Assembly: GCA_963666515.2 (NCBI GenBank)
Contig: OY762897.2
Coordinates: forward strand, 3,680,001-3,744,000
Direction of reading: 5' to 3'
DNA length: 64,000 bases
DNA from: Candidatus Binatia bacterium
GTDB taxonomy: Bacteria > Desulfobacterota > Binatia > UBA9968 > JAJDTQ01
This document shows, one piece after another, positions 28,859 through 39,479 of the stretch. Under the pieces are notes generated by a model, which was not told where the DNA came from, did no database searches, and saw nothing but the letters and a program-made list of their open reading frames with translations. Position 1 is the stretch's first letter. Each line of letters begins with the position of its first letter. A program made the translations under genes and the position numbers.

Positions 28859-29946
28859 AGCCCCCGCAACGCCGAAAGGACCATCTCGACCAGAATCCGC
28901 GGCGGCCGGGTCAGGGGGTCGGTGACCGGGATGCCGAGTTTGTCCTGGTAGCGCGCGATGGCGGCGCTGACGTCGGCGTCAGACATGTTCTCGTGGTTGA
29001 TCGTGAGGCCGATGACCTTCGTGTCGGAGAAGGTCTGGATGAGATGGATCTCGTCTGCCGGCTCCGGCATCGCCATGTGCTCGAAGTCGGCACGATGGGG
29101 TCGTGCGGGGGCGTGCTGCAGCACGACGCCGTCGGGGCAGCAGCCGCGGAGGATCAAGGCCGAGGTCGGGTAGGCGGGGTGGCTGAGCGCGCCTTGCCCT
29201 TCGACGATGATCACGTCGGGTTTCTCGGCTTCGAACGCTTCGATGATGGCCGCTTCAAGCTCACCGGCGCAGAACTGTGAAGGAACGGCGTCGAGGGCGA
29301 CCCCGTAGCGGGCTCCCTGGATCAGGCCGGTCTGGCCCGTGCCGATCATGACCGCCTTGATGCCGCGGTCATTGAGCGCCCGGGTGAGGACGGTTGCGGT
29401 GGTCCGCTTGCCGACGGAGCAATCGGTGCCGAGGACGGCGACGCGCAGGCAGGTGACCTCCGCGATACGGCCGCTGAAGGTTCGCAGGCTCTCCTTGGCC
29501 GGGGGCTTTCGGACGTCGATGATCTTTACGTCCCGTGCGACGCTTGCGGCCAAGAACTCCGGGTCTTCGCTCAAGAACTCGTGAAGCCCGTTCACGATGT
29601 TCATTCCCAGGTCGATGGCCTCCAGCAGAATCCTCCGGTCGCGGGACGACAACATGCCGCTCGCGGGAGCCATGCCGAAAATGAAGTAGTCGGGCGTGGC
29701 GCCGGCGCGCGCCAGCGCATCCGCCAGGTCGCGGCAGACGGGAATTCCGTTCGGCGGCTCACCGAGCACCGCGCCGGCGTCGAGCCCGGCCTTCTCGCTG
29801 TCGATGACCGAAAGGATTTCGTATCGCTCGGAGTGACGGACGAGGCCGTTTGCGGTCTTCCCGTCAATGGCGCCGAAGTTCGCCTCGCAGTACACGATGG
29901 CCGTCGCGATTCCTGCCGGGGATTTTGCGATCCTATGAACGGCCAA
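28855..29946 (-). CDS. DUF1611 family protein (DgcN-like P-loop protein)
   Basis: GKTANGLVRH, IVNGLHEFL, GTDCSVGKRTT, GTGQTG, VEGQGALSHPAY. Confidence 0.9.
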   Translation of the reverse strand: MAVHRIAKSPAGIATAIVYCEANFGAIDGKTANGLVRHSERYEILSVIDSEKAGLDAGAVLGEPPNGIPVCRDLADALARAGATPDYFIFGMAPASGMLSSRDRRILLEAIDLGMNIVNGLHEFLSEDPEFLAASVARDVKIIDVRKPPAKESLRTFSGRIAEVTCLRVAVLGTDCSVGKRTTATVLTRALNDRGIKAVMIGTGQTGLIQGARYGVALDAVPSQFCAGELEAAIIEAFEAEKPDVIIVEGQGALSHPAYPTSALILRGCCPDGVVLQHAPARPHRADFEHMAMPEPADEIHLIQTFSDTKVIGLTINHENMSDADVSAAIARYQDKLGIPVTDPLTRPPRILVEMVLSALRGL

Positions 29947-29987
29947 TGGGATAATGTTCCCTTTCCGTTTGATTTCAATACTCAGCG

Positions 29988-30296
29988 CTATCCCTGTTTC
30001 GACGGGGCAGGTTCAAACTCGACCCGTACGCGGTAGCCCAGCACTCGTGCATATTCTTCCACGGTGACAAGCCGCGGGGAAACCTCACTGTTCACGCTTT
30101 CGAGCCTCGATATATTGCTCTTTTTGGTCCCTAGAAGTTCGGCCATTTGCTTTTGGGTTTTGCCTGCGGCCGTACGTATGGCGATCATGTTCCGCTTCAT
30201 GGCAAAAGCTGGGGCGGCTTCATCGTAGGCGGCCTTTACGGCAGTGTTTTTCAGTGCCTTGCGCTTAAAATCCCTGAATGTGGGTCGGTCAGCCAT
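29988..30296 (-). CDS. XRE-family HTH antitoxin (HigA-like)
   Basis: RTAAGKTQKQMAELLGTKKSNISRLE HTH. Overlaps the toxin stop. Confidence 0.9.
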   Translation of the reverse strand: MADRPTFRDFKRKALKNTAVKAAYDEAAPAFAMKRNMIAIRTAAGKTQKQMAELLGTKKSNISRLESVNSEVSPRLVTVEEYARVLGYRVRVEFEPAPSKQG

Positions 30297-30618
30297 TTTC
30301 CGTTACCTCCTCCATACGCTTGCGCGCCAAGGCCAAGTGCTTTTTCGGAATCTTCTGCGTTTTCTTGATGAATGTGTGCAGGATCACAAGTTCCTGCCCC
30401 TTGTGTGTACAAAACAGCGACCGGCTGATCCCTTCGGGGCCTTTGGCCCTGATTTCAAACAAGCCTTCACCTAACGGCGCGGTGTGAGGGCGGCCGATTG
30501 AAGGGCCGAACTCTTCCACCAGTTCGATGATGTGCAGCAGATTTGCCAATATTCCAGCGGGCAGCTCCAATGTCTGGTTCTCGACCTTCTCACTATAAAA
30601 TGTAACCCTCCACGCCAT
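30289..30618 (-). CDS. RelE/ParE (HigB/Gp49-like) toxin
   Basis: GRPHTAPLGEGLFEIRAK, LHTFIKKTQKIP...LARKR. Toxin-first gene order. Confidence 0.92.
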   Translation of the reverse strand: MAWRVTFYSEKVENQTLELPAGILANLLHIIELVEEFGPSIGRPHTAPLGEGLFEIRAKGPEGISRSLFCTHKGQELVILHTFIKKTQKIPKKHLALARKRMEEVTENG

Positions 30619-30624
30619 TCAACG

Positions 30625-30654
30625 AAGTTATCAGAAACGATAACCGCTTGGCAA
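30625..30654 (-). promoter_or_regulatory. Promoter/operator of the higBA-like operon (probably leaderless mRNA)
   Basis: Minus strand TTGCCA, 18 nt, TAACTT, then 6 nt to ATG. Inverted repeat GTTATC-N6-GATAAC (30627-30644) lies inside the promoter. Confidence 0.6.
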
Positions 30655-30691
30655 GCTTCTACCCGCTGAGCTGCTCGGTCGCAGGGACACG

Positions 30692-32593
30692 CTATGCCGC
30701 GGCCACCATCCGCCCCCGCGCCCGCATCCACTCCCACCCCGTCAGGGCCAGGCCCACCACCAGGCCGACGACGTTCCACTGGAGCCACGGGGTGACCATG
30801 CCCAAGCTGGCGGCAAGGAAGAGAAGGCGGGTGATGGGGTCGAGGTTCCTGAAGCAGTAGCCCTGCACGGCCATGCCCATGGCGATCATGCTCAACACCG
30901 CGAAGACGATGGTCACGGTGACCTCCACGGCGCCTCCGATGGTGATGAGCGCGGAGTTGGCCACGAACGCGTAGGGGAGCACGAAGGCGGGCAAGGCCAG
31001 CTTCACGGCTTCGATGGACGTGGGCACCACCGGCGACTGGGCGATGGCCGCGGCGGCGTAGCTCGTGGGCGCGGTGGGCGGGGTGATGGCCGAGATGGCG
31101 CAGAAGAAGATCACGAACAGGTGTGCCTGTGGCACGATGGCGTCGGCGTCGAGGCCCATGTTCCTGAGCATGACCACCAGGGCCGGGATGGCGATGCCCA
31201 CCTGCACGATGTAGGCGGACGACAGCGGCAGGCCCATGCCGAGGATGATGGCGGTGATCATCACGAAGACCAGGGCCAGCAGCAGGTGCCCGCCGGCCAG
31301 GTCCACGATGACGCCGGAAAACTTGATGGCGACGCCGGTGAGGTCGAAAATGCCCACCATGATGCCGGAGGTGATGATGGCCACGGCCACCACGGTGGAC
31401 TGGATGCCGCCCTGCACCAGAGCGTCCCAGATGTCCTTCAAGCCCATGCGCGTGGCCTTGCGGAACCAGCTCACGATCACGATGCCGACGATGCAGCGCA
31501 CCACCGCGTAGCCCGGGCTGAACCCGGCCACCAGGAGATAGATCAGGATAATGAGCGGCAGCGCCAGGTGGCCCCGTTGTATGATGGCATTCTTGAGGCT
31601 CGGCAGCTCCTCCCGCGGCACCGTGGGGATCTTCTCCTTGACCGCGTAGATGTGCACCATGATCCCCACGGCGAGGAAGTACAGCACCGCGGGGACCAGG
31701 ATGTACTGCATCACGTTGACGTAGGGAATGCCGGTGTACTCCGACATGAGGAACCCGGCCGACGCCATCACCGGCGGCATGATCAGACCGCCGGTGGACG
31801 CCGACGCTTCCACCGCGCCGGCCATGTAGTCCCGGAAACCGATCTTCTTCATCATCGGGATGCTGAAGGAGCCGGTGATGACCGCGTTGGCCGTGCTGCT
31901 GCCCGAGATGGAGCCCATGAGGCCGCTGGACACCACCGCGATCTTGGCCGGGCCGCCCCGGAACCGCCCGGCCAGGGCGGTGGCGAACTCGATGGTGAAC
32001 TGGCCGAAGCCCGACTTCTCCAGGAAGGCGCCGAAGACGATGAACAGGAAGATGAAGTTGGCCGAGATGTGGGTCGGCAGACCGAACAGTCCGTCGGTGA
32101 GGAAGTACTGGTTGTCGGCCACCTCCGACGCCGAGTAGCCCAGGTGGTTGAGGAATCCGGGCAGGTAAGGCCCCAGAAAAGCGAAAAGGAAAATGATCAG
32201 GGCCAGCCCCGCCAGCGGCCAGCCCACGGCGCGGCGGCAGGCCTCCAGCGTCAGCGCCACCGCGCCGAAAGCCAGGACGAACTGGAAGAAGGCGAAGTCC
32301 TCGGTGTAGCCGATGTGCTGGATGATCCACTCGTACTCGTAGAAGAGATAGCCCATGGTCACGAGCCACAGGCCGATGACCACGACGTCGTACCAGGGGA
32401 GCTTCCCGTCATCCGGCCGGCGGAACGCCGGGAAGCTCAGGAAGGTGATGAGCATCATCAGCGTGACGTGGAGCACGCGATGCAGGTACGCCTCGGGTTG
32501 CCCGAAGAAGCCGGTGTAGATGTGGTAGGCCGAGGTCGAGAAAGCCACCAGGGTCAGGATGATCCCGGCGGGGCCTGTCAGTTTGCGCTCCAT
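30692..32593 (-). CDS. TRAP transporter fused 4TM/12TM permease (TAXI type)
   Basis: GGPAKIAVVSS..MGSISGSSTAN..TGSFSIPMMK, EASASTGG.IMPPVM, ILGMGLP, SAITPP. Confidence 0.95.
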   Translation of the reverse strand: MERKLTGPAGIILTLVAFSTSAYHIYTGFFGQPEAYLHRVLHVTLMMLITFLSFPAFRRPDDGKLPWYDVVVIGLWLVTMGYLFYEYEWIIQHIGYTEDFAFFQFVLAFGAVALTLEACRRAVGWPLAGLALIIFLFAFLGPYLPGFLNHLGYSASEVADNQYFLTDGLFGLPTHISANFIFLFIVFGAFLEKSGFGQFTIEFATALAGRFRGGPAKIAVVSSGLMGSISGSSTANAVITGSFSIPMMKKIGFRDYMAGAVEASASTGGLIMPPVMASAGFLMSEYTGIPYVNVMQYILVPAVLYFLAVGIMVHIYAVKEKIPTVPREELPSLKNAIIQRGHLALPLIILIYLLVAGFSPGYAVVRCIVGIVIVSWFRKATRMGLKDIWDALVQGGIQSTVVAVAIITSGIMVGIFDLTGVAIKFSGVIVDLAGGHLLLALVFVMITAIILGMGLPLSSAYIVQVGIAIPALVVMLRNMGLDADAIVPQAHLFVIFFCAISAITPPTAPTSYAAAAIAQSPVVPTSIEAVKLALPAFVLPYAFVANSALITIGGAVEVTVTIVFAVLSMIAMGMAVQGYCFRNLDPITRLLFLAASLGMVTPWLQWNVVGLVVGLALTGWEWMRARGRMVAAA

Positions 32594-32679
32594 AGGACCG
32601 TTCTCTGCCGCATGTCCGAGGCGTCGGTGACACCCGGGCTTTCGTTCACGTCAGGTTGGTTGGAAGTGTGGAGGCGGAA

Positions 32680-32707
32680 AGAGGGCCGGCGTCCGCGCCG
32701 GCCCTCT
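32680..32707 (-). terminator. Intercistronic hairpin after the TAXI binding-protein gene
   Basis: AGAGGGCCGGCG / CGCCGGCCCTCT 12-bp stem with only a short T tract. Confidence 0.55.
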
Positions 32708-32725
32708 CGTCATGGGGGGCTCCCT

Positions 32726-33682
32726 CTACTTGAGGACGCCCTTCTCCTTCAGATACCTGTCCAGGCCGGCGTGCCGCGGCGCGCCCACGTTGAGGGTGGC
32801 GTTGGCCAGCTTGACCCGATCGAAAGCCTTCACCGCTCCCGCGAAGTCGCCCAGGTTGTCGTAGACGTTCTTCGTGAGCTTGTAGACGCGCTCTGCCGGA
32901 ACGTCTTCATTCGTGATGATGAGCAGGAAGGTCTGGACGGTGTGCACGTCGTTCTTCTGATCGTAGTGCTTCTTGTCCATCGTGAACGGAACGACGCCGG
33001 CATTGGCCGCGTTCATCTTCGCCACGTCCTCCTTGGAGAACGAGAGGATGCGGATCGGCGCGTGCGCCGCCAACTGGACGATGGGCGCGTAGTTCTCCTC
33101 GCCGGGTCCCAGGTAGGCGTCGATGTGGTTGTCCTTCATCTGCGCCACGGCGTCGTTGAAGCCGAGGTAGTTGACCTTGGAGAAGTCATCATAGCTGATG
33201 CCGAGGGCGCCCAGCATCTGCTGGTTCAACGCCTGGAACGAGAACCGCTTGGGCATGACGTTGACCCGCTTGCCCTTGAGCTGCTGGTACGAAGTGACGT
33301 CGGACTTGGCCCACACCAGCCAGAACAGGTAGTTGGGATAAAGCACCGCGGCCACGCGCACCTTCTTGGCCTGCGCCTCCTTGCCCTTGAACATCTTGGC
33401 CCCCTTGAGGGCTTCCTGGATGCTCGTGGCGCTGGAGAGGCCGAAGCTCATCTTGCCGGCCATGACGTTCAGCAGGTTGGACGTGCCGCCGCCGATCTCC
33501 ACGGTCACCTTGTCGCCATCGTTCTTTTCGGCCAGCCGCTGCACCACGGTCCCGATGGGATACCAGGAGCCGCCCGGCTTCGAGGCGCCGAACTTGTAGC
33601 TCTCCGCCAGGGCCGCGGGCGCGAGCGTCGCGACAAACACCGCGACCAACGAAACTGCCAGAAACCTCTGCAATCGACTCAT
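32726..33682 (-). CDS. TAXI family TRAP solute-binding protein
   Basis: Signal peptide, GASKPGGSWYPIG, LKGKRVN, MKDNHIDA, VYKLTK, HAG..RYLKEKG. ATG at 33682. Confidence 0.92.
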   Translation of the reverse strand: MSRLQRFLAVSLVAVFVATLAPAALAESYKFGASKPGGSWYPIGTVVQRLAEKNDGDKVTVEIGGGTSNLLNVMAGKMSFGLSSATSIQEALKGAKMFKGKEAQAKKVRVAAVLYPNYLFWLVWAKSDVTSYQQLKGKRVNVMPKRFSFQALNQQMLGALGISYDDFSKVNYLGFNDAVAQMKDNHIDAYLGPGEENYAPIVQLAAHAPIRILSFSKEDVAKMNAANAGVVPFTMDKKHYDQKNDVHTVQTFLLIITNEDVPAERVYKLTKNVYDNLGDFAGAVKAFDRVKLANATLNVGAPRHAGLDRYLKEKGVLK

Positions 33683-33855
33683 CGTGATCTCCTTTCGCTG
33701 CTCTCTCCGGCGCCCCACAGGCAGGCGCCCGGACAATCAAGGTAGCTGAAGCTACTTGCGCCGCCCGCAAAAGTCAAGAACAATGGCGCCGCGGGCGACG
33801 TGCAGGAGTTCGTGTCGGCAAAGGGGGCGAAAGAACCGTTGGAGGTGTGCGCGCG

Positions 33856-34584
33856 ATGAGACAGACCGAGCAGTACCTGATCGACGTGGCCTATCCGTAT
33901 TGGGAGGCCGAGGCGGAGATCGCCAGGCGGTTCTTCCGCGCCGGACCGACCCGCGAGCAGCACGTCTACTGGCTCAAGGCGCAGCTATGGAAGGAGCTGC
34001 ACCCGGTGGACGGCTATTTCAGCGGCCTCCACCGGGAGCTGGCCAACCTGGTGGAAATGTTCCCCGAGGTGGACCGCACCGTCGATCGGCACCACTACCA
34101 CGGGCTCATGGAGCAGATGGTCCAGGAGTTCAACCACTACGTGCTCCAGGCCGACATCCTGGAATACCTGCTCGGCCGCAGGATCGGCGCCGGCGACACC
34201 AACCAGTTGCCGGAGGAAAAGGCCCTCGGCGATCTCCGCCGCAGCCTCGTCTCGGGCTCGGCGGTGGAGAAGGCCGCGGTGCTGGTGACCGAGGGAGGCG
34301 GCGCCAGACTGTTCCGCGAGGGGCGCAAGCTCAAGGGGAGCGTCCTCGAGCGAAAGATCGCCGCGGCCATGGACGTCATCTACCAGGACGAGAAGAGCCA
34401 CTACCGGGTGGCGGCGCGCGAGGCCGCCTCGGCCGTGGGCGGCAAACGGGACCTCCGTGCCATGAAGCGGGCCATCGAGCGCGTCAGCCTGCAGCGCGTC
34501 CACATGAGGAACGAGATGTTCCAGTTCCCGCTGACGGGGGAGGCCATCGAGCGCTGCCTGGCGAGGCACCGCAGACCCGTCTGA
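33856..34584 (+). CDS. Ferritin-like/heme-oxygenase-like diiron protein, function unknown
   Basis: Two ExxH motifs (QEFNHY, DEKSHY) plus WKE and TEGGG glutamates in four-helix-bundle spacing. GGAGG RBS. Confidence 0.7.
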   Translation: MRQTEQYLIDVAYPYWEAEAEIARRFFRAGPTREQHVYWLKAQLWKELHPVDGYFSGLHRELANLVEMFPEVDRTVDRHHYHGLMEQMVQEFNHYVLQADILEYLLGRRIGAGDTNQLPEEKALGDLRRSLVSGSAVEKAAVLVTEGGGARLFREGRKLKGSVLERKIAAAMDVIYQDEKSHYRVAAREAASAVGGKRDLRAMKRAIERVSLQRVHMRNEMFQFPLTGEAIERCLARHRRPV

Positions 34585-34614
34585 GTGGCGGCGCGGTGGA
34601 ACCCGCACCCGGCC

Positions 34615-35415
34615 CTACGGCCGGCCCGGCGGATGGGTCTTGGGACCGGCGCAGACGCCGCGGCGCGATGAGCGGATGAACTCCAGCAGCTCGGCGATGT
34701 CTTCCGGCGGGTCGCCCACGCCTGCCTTGAGTTCGTCCACCGCCGCACCGAGGTTGCGCCGCTTGCGGAAGAGGGTCTGAAAGGCGTTCTTGAGGGTCCG
34801 GATCCTGGTCTGGTCGAAGCCGGCCCGGCGCAGCCCGACGACGTTCAACCCGCGCACGGTGTGCTGCCAGTCGATGATGGAAAACGGCGGCACGTCGCGA
34901 CTCGTGGCGCTCATGCCGCGCATGATGGCGATCCGTCCGATGCGGACGAACTGGTGCACCGCGCAGCTCGCCGAGAGGACCGCGTGGTCGCCGACCTCCA
35001 CGTAGCCGCCGAGCACCGCATTGTTGGTCAGGATGATGTGGTTGCCCAGCCGGCAGTTGTGGGCCACGTGGCTGTTGGCCATCAGGAGGTTGTCGTCGCC
35101 GACCACCGTGGTGGTGTCGACCCCGGTACCCCGGTGGACCTGGACGCCCTCGCGGAATACGTTGCGGTCGCCGATCCGGAGGTAGGACTTGGCGCCGCGG
35201 TAGGACAGGTCCTGCGGCGCGTCGCCCAGCACCGCGCCGCTGTGCACCTCGTTGCCCTCGCCGATCTCCGTCCGGCCCATGACCACCGCGTGCGGCAAAA
35301 GGCGCGTTCCCGCGCCGATCTTCACCGGACCGTCCACTACGGCATAGGGGCCCAACTCGGCCTCGGGATGGATTTCGGCCCGTGGGTCCACCACGGCTGT
35401 GGGATGTATCGGCAT
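34615..35415 (-). CDS. lpxA: UDP-N-acetylglucosamine acyltransferase LpxA
   Basis: IHPTAVVDP, hexapeptide repeats, GDAPQDLSY, HRGT, HVAHNC, VHQFVRIG, GLNVVGLRR. Confidence 0.95.
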   Translation of the reverse strand: MPIHPTAVVDPRAEIHPEAELGPYAVVDGPVKIGAGTRLLPHAVVMGRTEIGEGNEVHSGAVLGDAPQDLSYRGAKSYLRIGDRNVFREGVQVHRGTGVDTTTVVGDDNLLMANSHVAHNCRLGNHIILTNNAVLGGYVEVGDHAVLSASCAVHQFVRIGRIAIMRGMSATSRDVPPFSIIDWQHTVRGLNVVGLRRAGFDQTRIRTLKNAFQTLFRKRRNLGAAVDELKAGVGDPPEDIAELLEFIRSSRRGVCAGPKTHPPGRP

Positions 35416-35528
35416 GGGTGACGTCCGCCGGCGCTATTTCCTGTGTTGGATCCTGTGCTGGAGGCCGCTCGCGGGTGCGGGGTCCGGTCTCATCAAGGGT
35501 CGGTCTGGTCGGCAGGCCGCTATTCGTC

Positions 35529-35720
35529 TCATTGACGGTCTGTCTCGTCGGCAGGCTGCGACTCGTCTTCGAGGTCGTCGCCGGCGATCCGGTACTTCCC
35601 GTCCGCCCAAGCGCCGAGATCCAGGAATCGGCAGCGTTCCGAGCAGAAGGGCCGGTGCGGGTTGCCGGTCCACGGCGCTTGGTTGTGGCAAATGGGGCAA
35701 TTGACTGAGGTCGGCATCAT
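35529..35720 (-). CDS. yacG: DNA gyrase inhibitor YacG
   Basis: CPIC...RPFCSERCRFLDLGAWADGKYRI. Confidence 0.95.
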   Translation of the reverse strand: MMPTSVNCPICHNQAPWTGNPHRPFCSERCRFLDLGAWADGKYRIAGDDLEDESQPADETDRQ

Positions 35721-35809
35721 GCTCCAGGCCGCCGGAGTCCGGCGGCACCCTCTTGAGTATCAGGTCGGTGGCGATTTTTCAAAAGCAGGCCCCAGGAGTT
35801 AGCCCATTT

Positions 35810-35835
35810 CCGTTCGCCCCGAGCCCGTCGAAGGG
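35810..35835. repeat. Short palindromic repeat, CCGTTCG..GAGC..GTCGAAGGG family
   Basis: CCGTTCGCCCCGAGCCCGTCGAAGGG, related to copies at 42133 and 47272-47350. Confidence 0.65.
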
Positions 35836-35887
35836 CCTTGAGAGCGGGGAGCGACGAAGGCATACTGCGAGGAGGGAGCGAAACGGG

Positions 35888-36841
35888 ATGAGCGACCGGT
35901 TGCCGATAATCATACTGGCCGGCGGCAACGATCGACTGGAGACGATACCCCGGGGATTTGCGGCCGACGACGTGTTGCGCGGCTTCAAGGGCGCGGTGAG
36001 ACTCCCGTCCGGGCGCTGCATCGCGGGCGAGCTGGTCGAGCGGATGCGCGAGAGCGGGCGGTTCGAAGACCCCATCGTGGTGGGGCCGCGCCGCGTCTAC
36101 GGCGGCTTGGTGGATTGCGAGATCGCGGACACCACCGGCGACCTGCCGGCCACCATCGCGGAGTTCACCGCACTGCTGACCCGGCGCTACCCGGGCCGGC
36201 CCGTCGCCGTGTCCGCGTGCGATATCCTTCCCACCGCCGCGGACTTCCGGACGCTTCTGGACGAATCGTACTTCCCGCACGCCGGCAGCGGACTGTGGTG
36301 GCAGTTGATCGAGGCCCACCCCGAAGAGATGGGCGTCAGCGACTGGAAGCCCAGCTATCGTCTGCGGCCGGGGCCGGAGGAGCCTCCGTTGAACCTGTAC
36401 CCGGGGCATCTCGTGATCCTCCGGTCCGACGCGGTCCGTCTCGACATCTTCAACCGGTTCCTGATGCTGGCCTACCGCTTTCGCAACCGCGGCGTCTACG
36501 AACGGGTGATCCGCATCACGCTTCGGGCACTGGGCCTGTGGCTGGCCGACGACTTGAAAAGAATCGGCTCGTTGCGGTGGCCCGGGCGCATCGTGGCGGC
36601 CCCTTACGGCATCTTCAGGACCTATCGCAGGTACTCCCTCGAACGGCTCACGGTCCCCGGCCTCGCCGCCGAGCTGACCCGGCAGATCATGGAGCCGCGC
36701 CGCACCGGCGGCTTCGACCATCCTGTGGCCATGGTGGTGACCCGGATCCGCTCCTTTGCCAAGGACATCGACACCCGGCCGGAACTGGAGGAAATCCTGG
36801 GGGAAGCGGATGGGGGCGGGGACCGCGCGCCAGCTTCGTAG
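35888..36841 (+). CDS. Hypothetical protein with nucleotidyltransferase-like (MobA/GT-A) features
   Basis: IIILAGG near the N-terminus, a lysine in FKG, ACDILP, C-terminal KDIDT. ATG at 35888. Confidence 0.65.
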   Translation: MSDRLPIIILAGGNDRLETIPRGFAADDVLRGFKGAVRLPSGRCIAGELVERMRESGRFEDPIVVGPRRVYGGLVDCEIADTTGDLPATIAEFTALLTRRYPGRPVAVSACDILPTAADFRTLLDESYFPHAGSGLWWQLIEAHPEEMGVSDWKPSYRLRPGPEEPPLNLYPGHLVILRSDAVRLDIFNRFLMLAYRFRNRGVYERVIRITLRALGLWLADDLKRIGSLRWPGRIVAAPYGIFRTYRRYSLERLTVPGLAAELTRQIMEPRRTGGFDHPVAMVVTRIRSFAKDIDTRPELEEILGEADGGGDRAPAS

Positions 36842-36849
36842 GGCGGGTT

Positions 36850-37593
36850 TCAACCCCGGTCGTGAACGCCGAGTTCCGCCAGCCACTGATGGAGGAATGC
36901 CTCGCCCTGGCGTTCCAGCACGGGCGCGGCGCCGGCGGTGGAGGTCCGGAGTTCCTCGACCGAGATGCCCGGCGTGGTCTCGATCTCCAGGGTGTGGCCG
37001 ATGAACCAGCGTTCGAGGCCGCCGGCCGTCACCTCGACGTGAAATTGCAAGGCCAGCCCGCGGGCTCCCCAGAGGAACGCCTGGTTCTCACAAACTGCGG
37101 TGGAGGCAAGATGCACGGCGCCGCGGGGCAGGTCGAAGGTATCCCCGTGCCAGTGCAGCACGGACGTCTTGTCGGGCGCCAGGTGGCGCAACGCCGACGC
37201 GCCGCCCGCCTCGGTCAGGGACAGAGGCGCCCAGCCGATCTCCTTCGTTCCCGCGCCGTAAACGCGCGCGCCCAGCGCCCGGGCCATGAGCTGGGCGCCC
37301 AGGCAGATGCCCAGGGTGGGCCGGTCGTCGCCGAGCCGGCGCTCCAGTATCCGCGCCTCGTCCGCGAGGAAGGGATACTGCCGGTCGTCGCCGGCGCCGA
37401 TGGGACCGCCGAGGACGACGAGCAGATCGGCTCCGGCCGCTCCTGCCCGGTCGAGGTCGTCAAGGCCGGCCTCGACGTATTCGATGCCGTACCCGTGCCG
37501 GATCAGCGGCTCGGCGAACGAGCCCAAGTCTTCGAAGGCCACGTGCCGGATGACCACGGCGCGCCGGGCGGCAGGGGGTGCGGAATCGGCCAT
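36850..37593 (-). CDS. Class I glutamine amidotransferase (GMP synthase-like, stand-alone)
   Basis: RHVAFEDLG, VLGGPIG, LGICLGAQL, HWHGDTF, LQFHVE catalytic triad. Confidence 0.93.
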   Translation of the reverse strand: MADSAPPAARRAVVIRHVAFEDLGSFAEPLIRHGYGIEYVEAGLDDLDRAGAAGADLLVVLGGPIGAGDDRQYPFLADEARILERRLGDDRPTLGICLGAQLMARALGARVYGAGTKEIGWAPLSLTEAGGASALRHLAPDKTSVLHWHGDTFDLPRGAVHLASTAVCENQAFLWGARGLALQFHVEVTAGGLERWFIGHTLEIETTPGISVEELRTSTAGAAPVLERQGEAFLHQWLAELGVHDRG

Positions 37594-37665
37594 GACGGGG
37601 TAAACCTGGAGCAACCTTCCCACTAGCGCGGGAAGCACCCAAACTCAACCGGAAGGCTGGAGGGC

Positions 37666-39447
<1,782 letters not shown>

Positions 39448-39479
39448 CCCTCGTTCGCGCGCCGGAGTAGACTGACTTC

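Noticed and set aside
31121-33745. 874-aa plus-strand ORF
   Set aside because: Antisense shadow of the TRAP genes.
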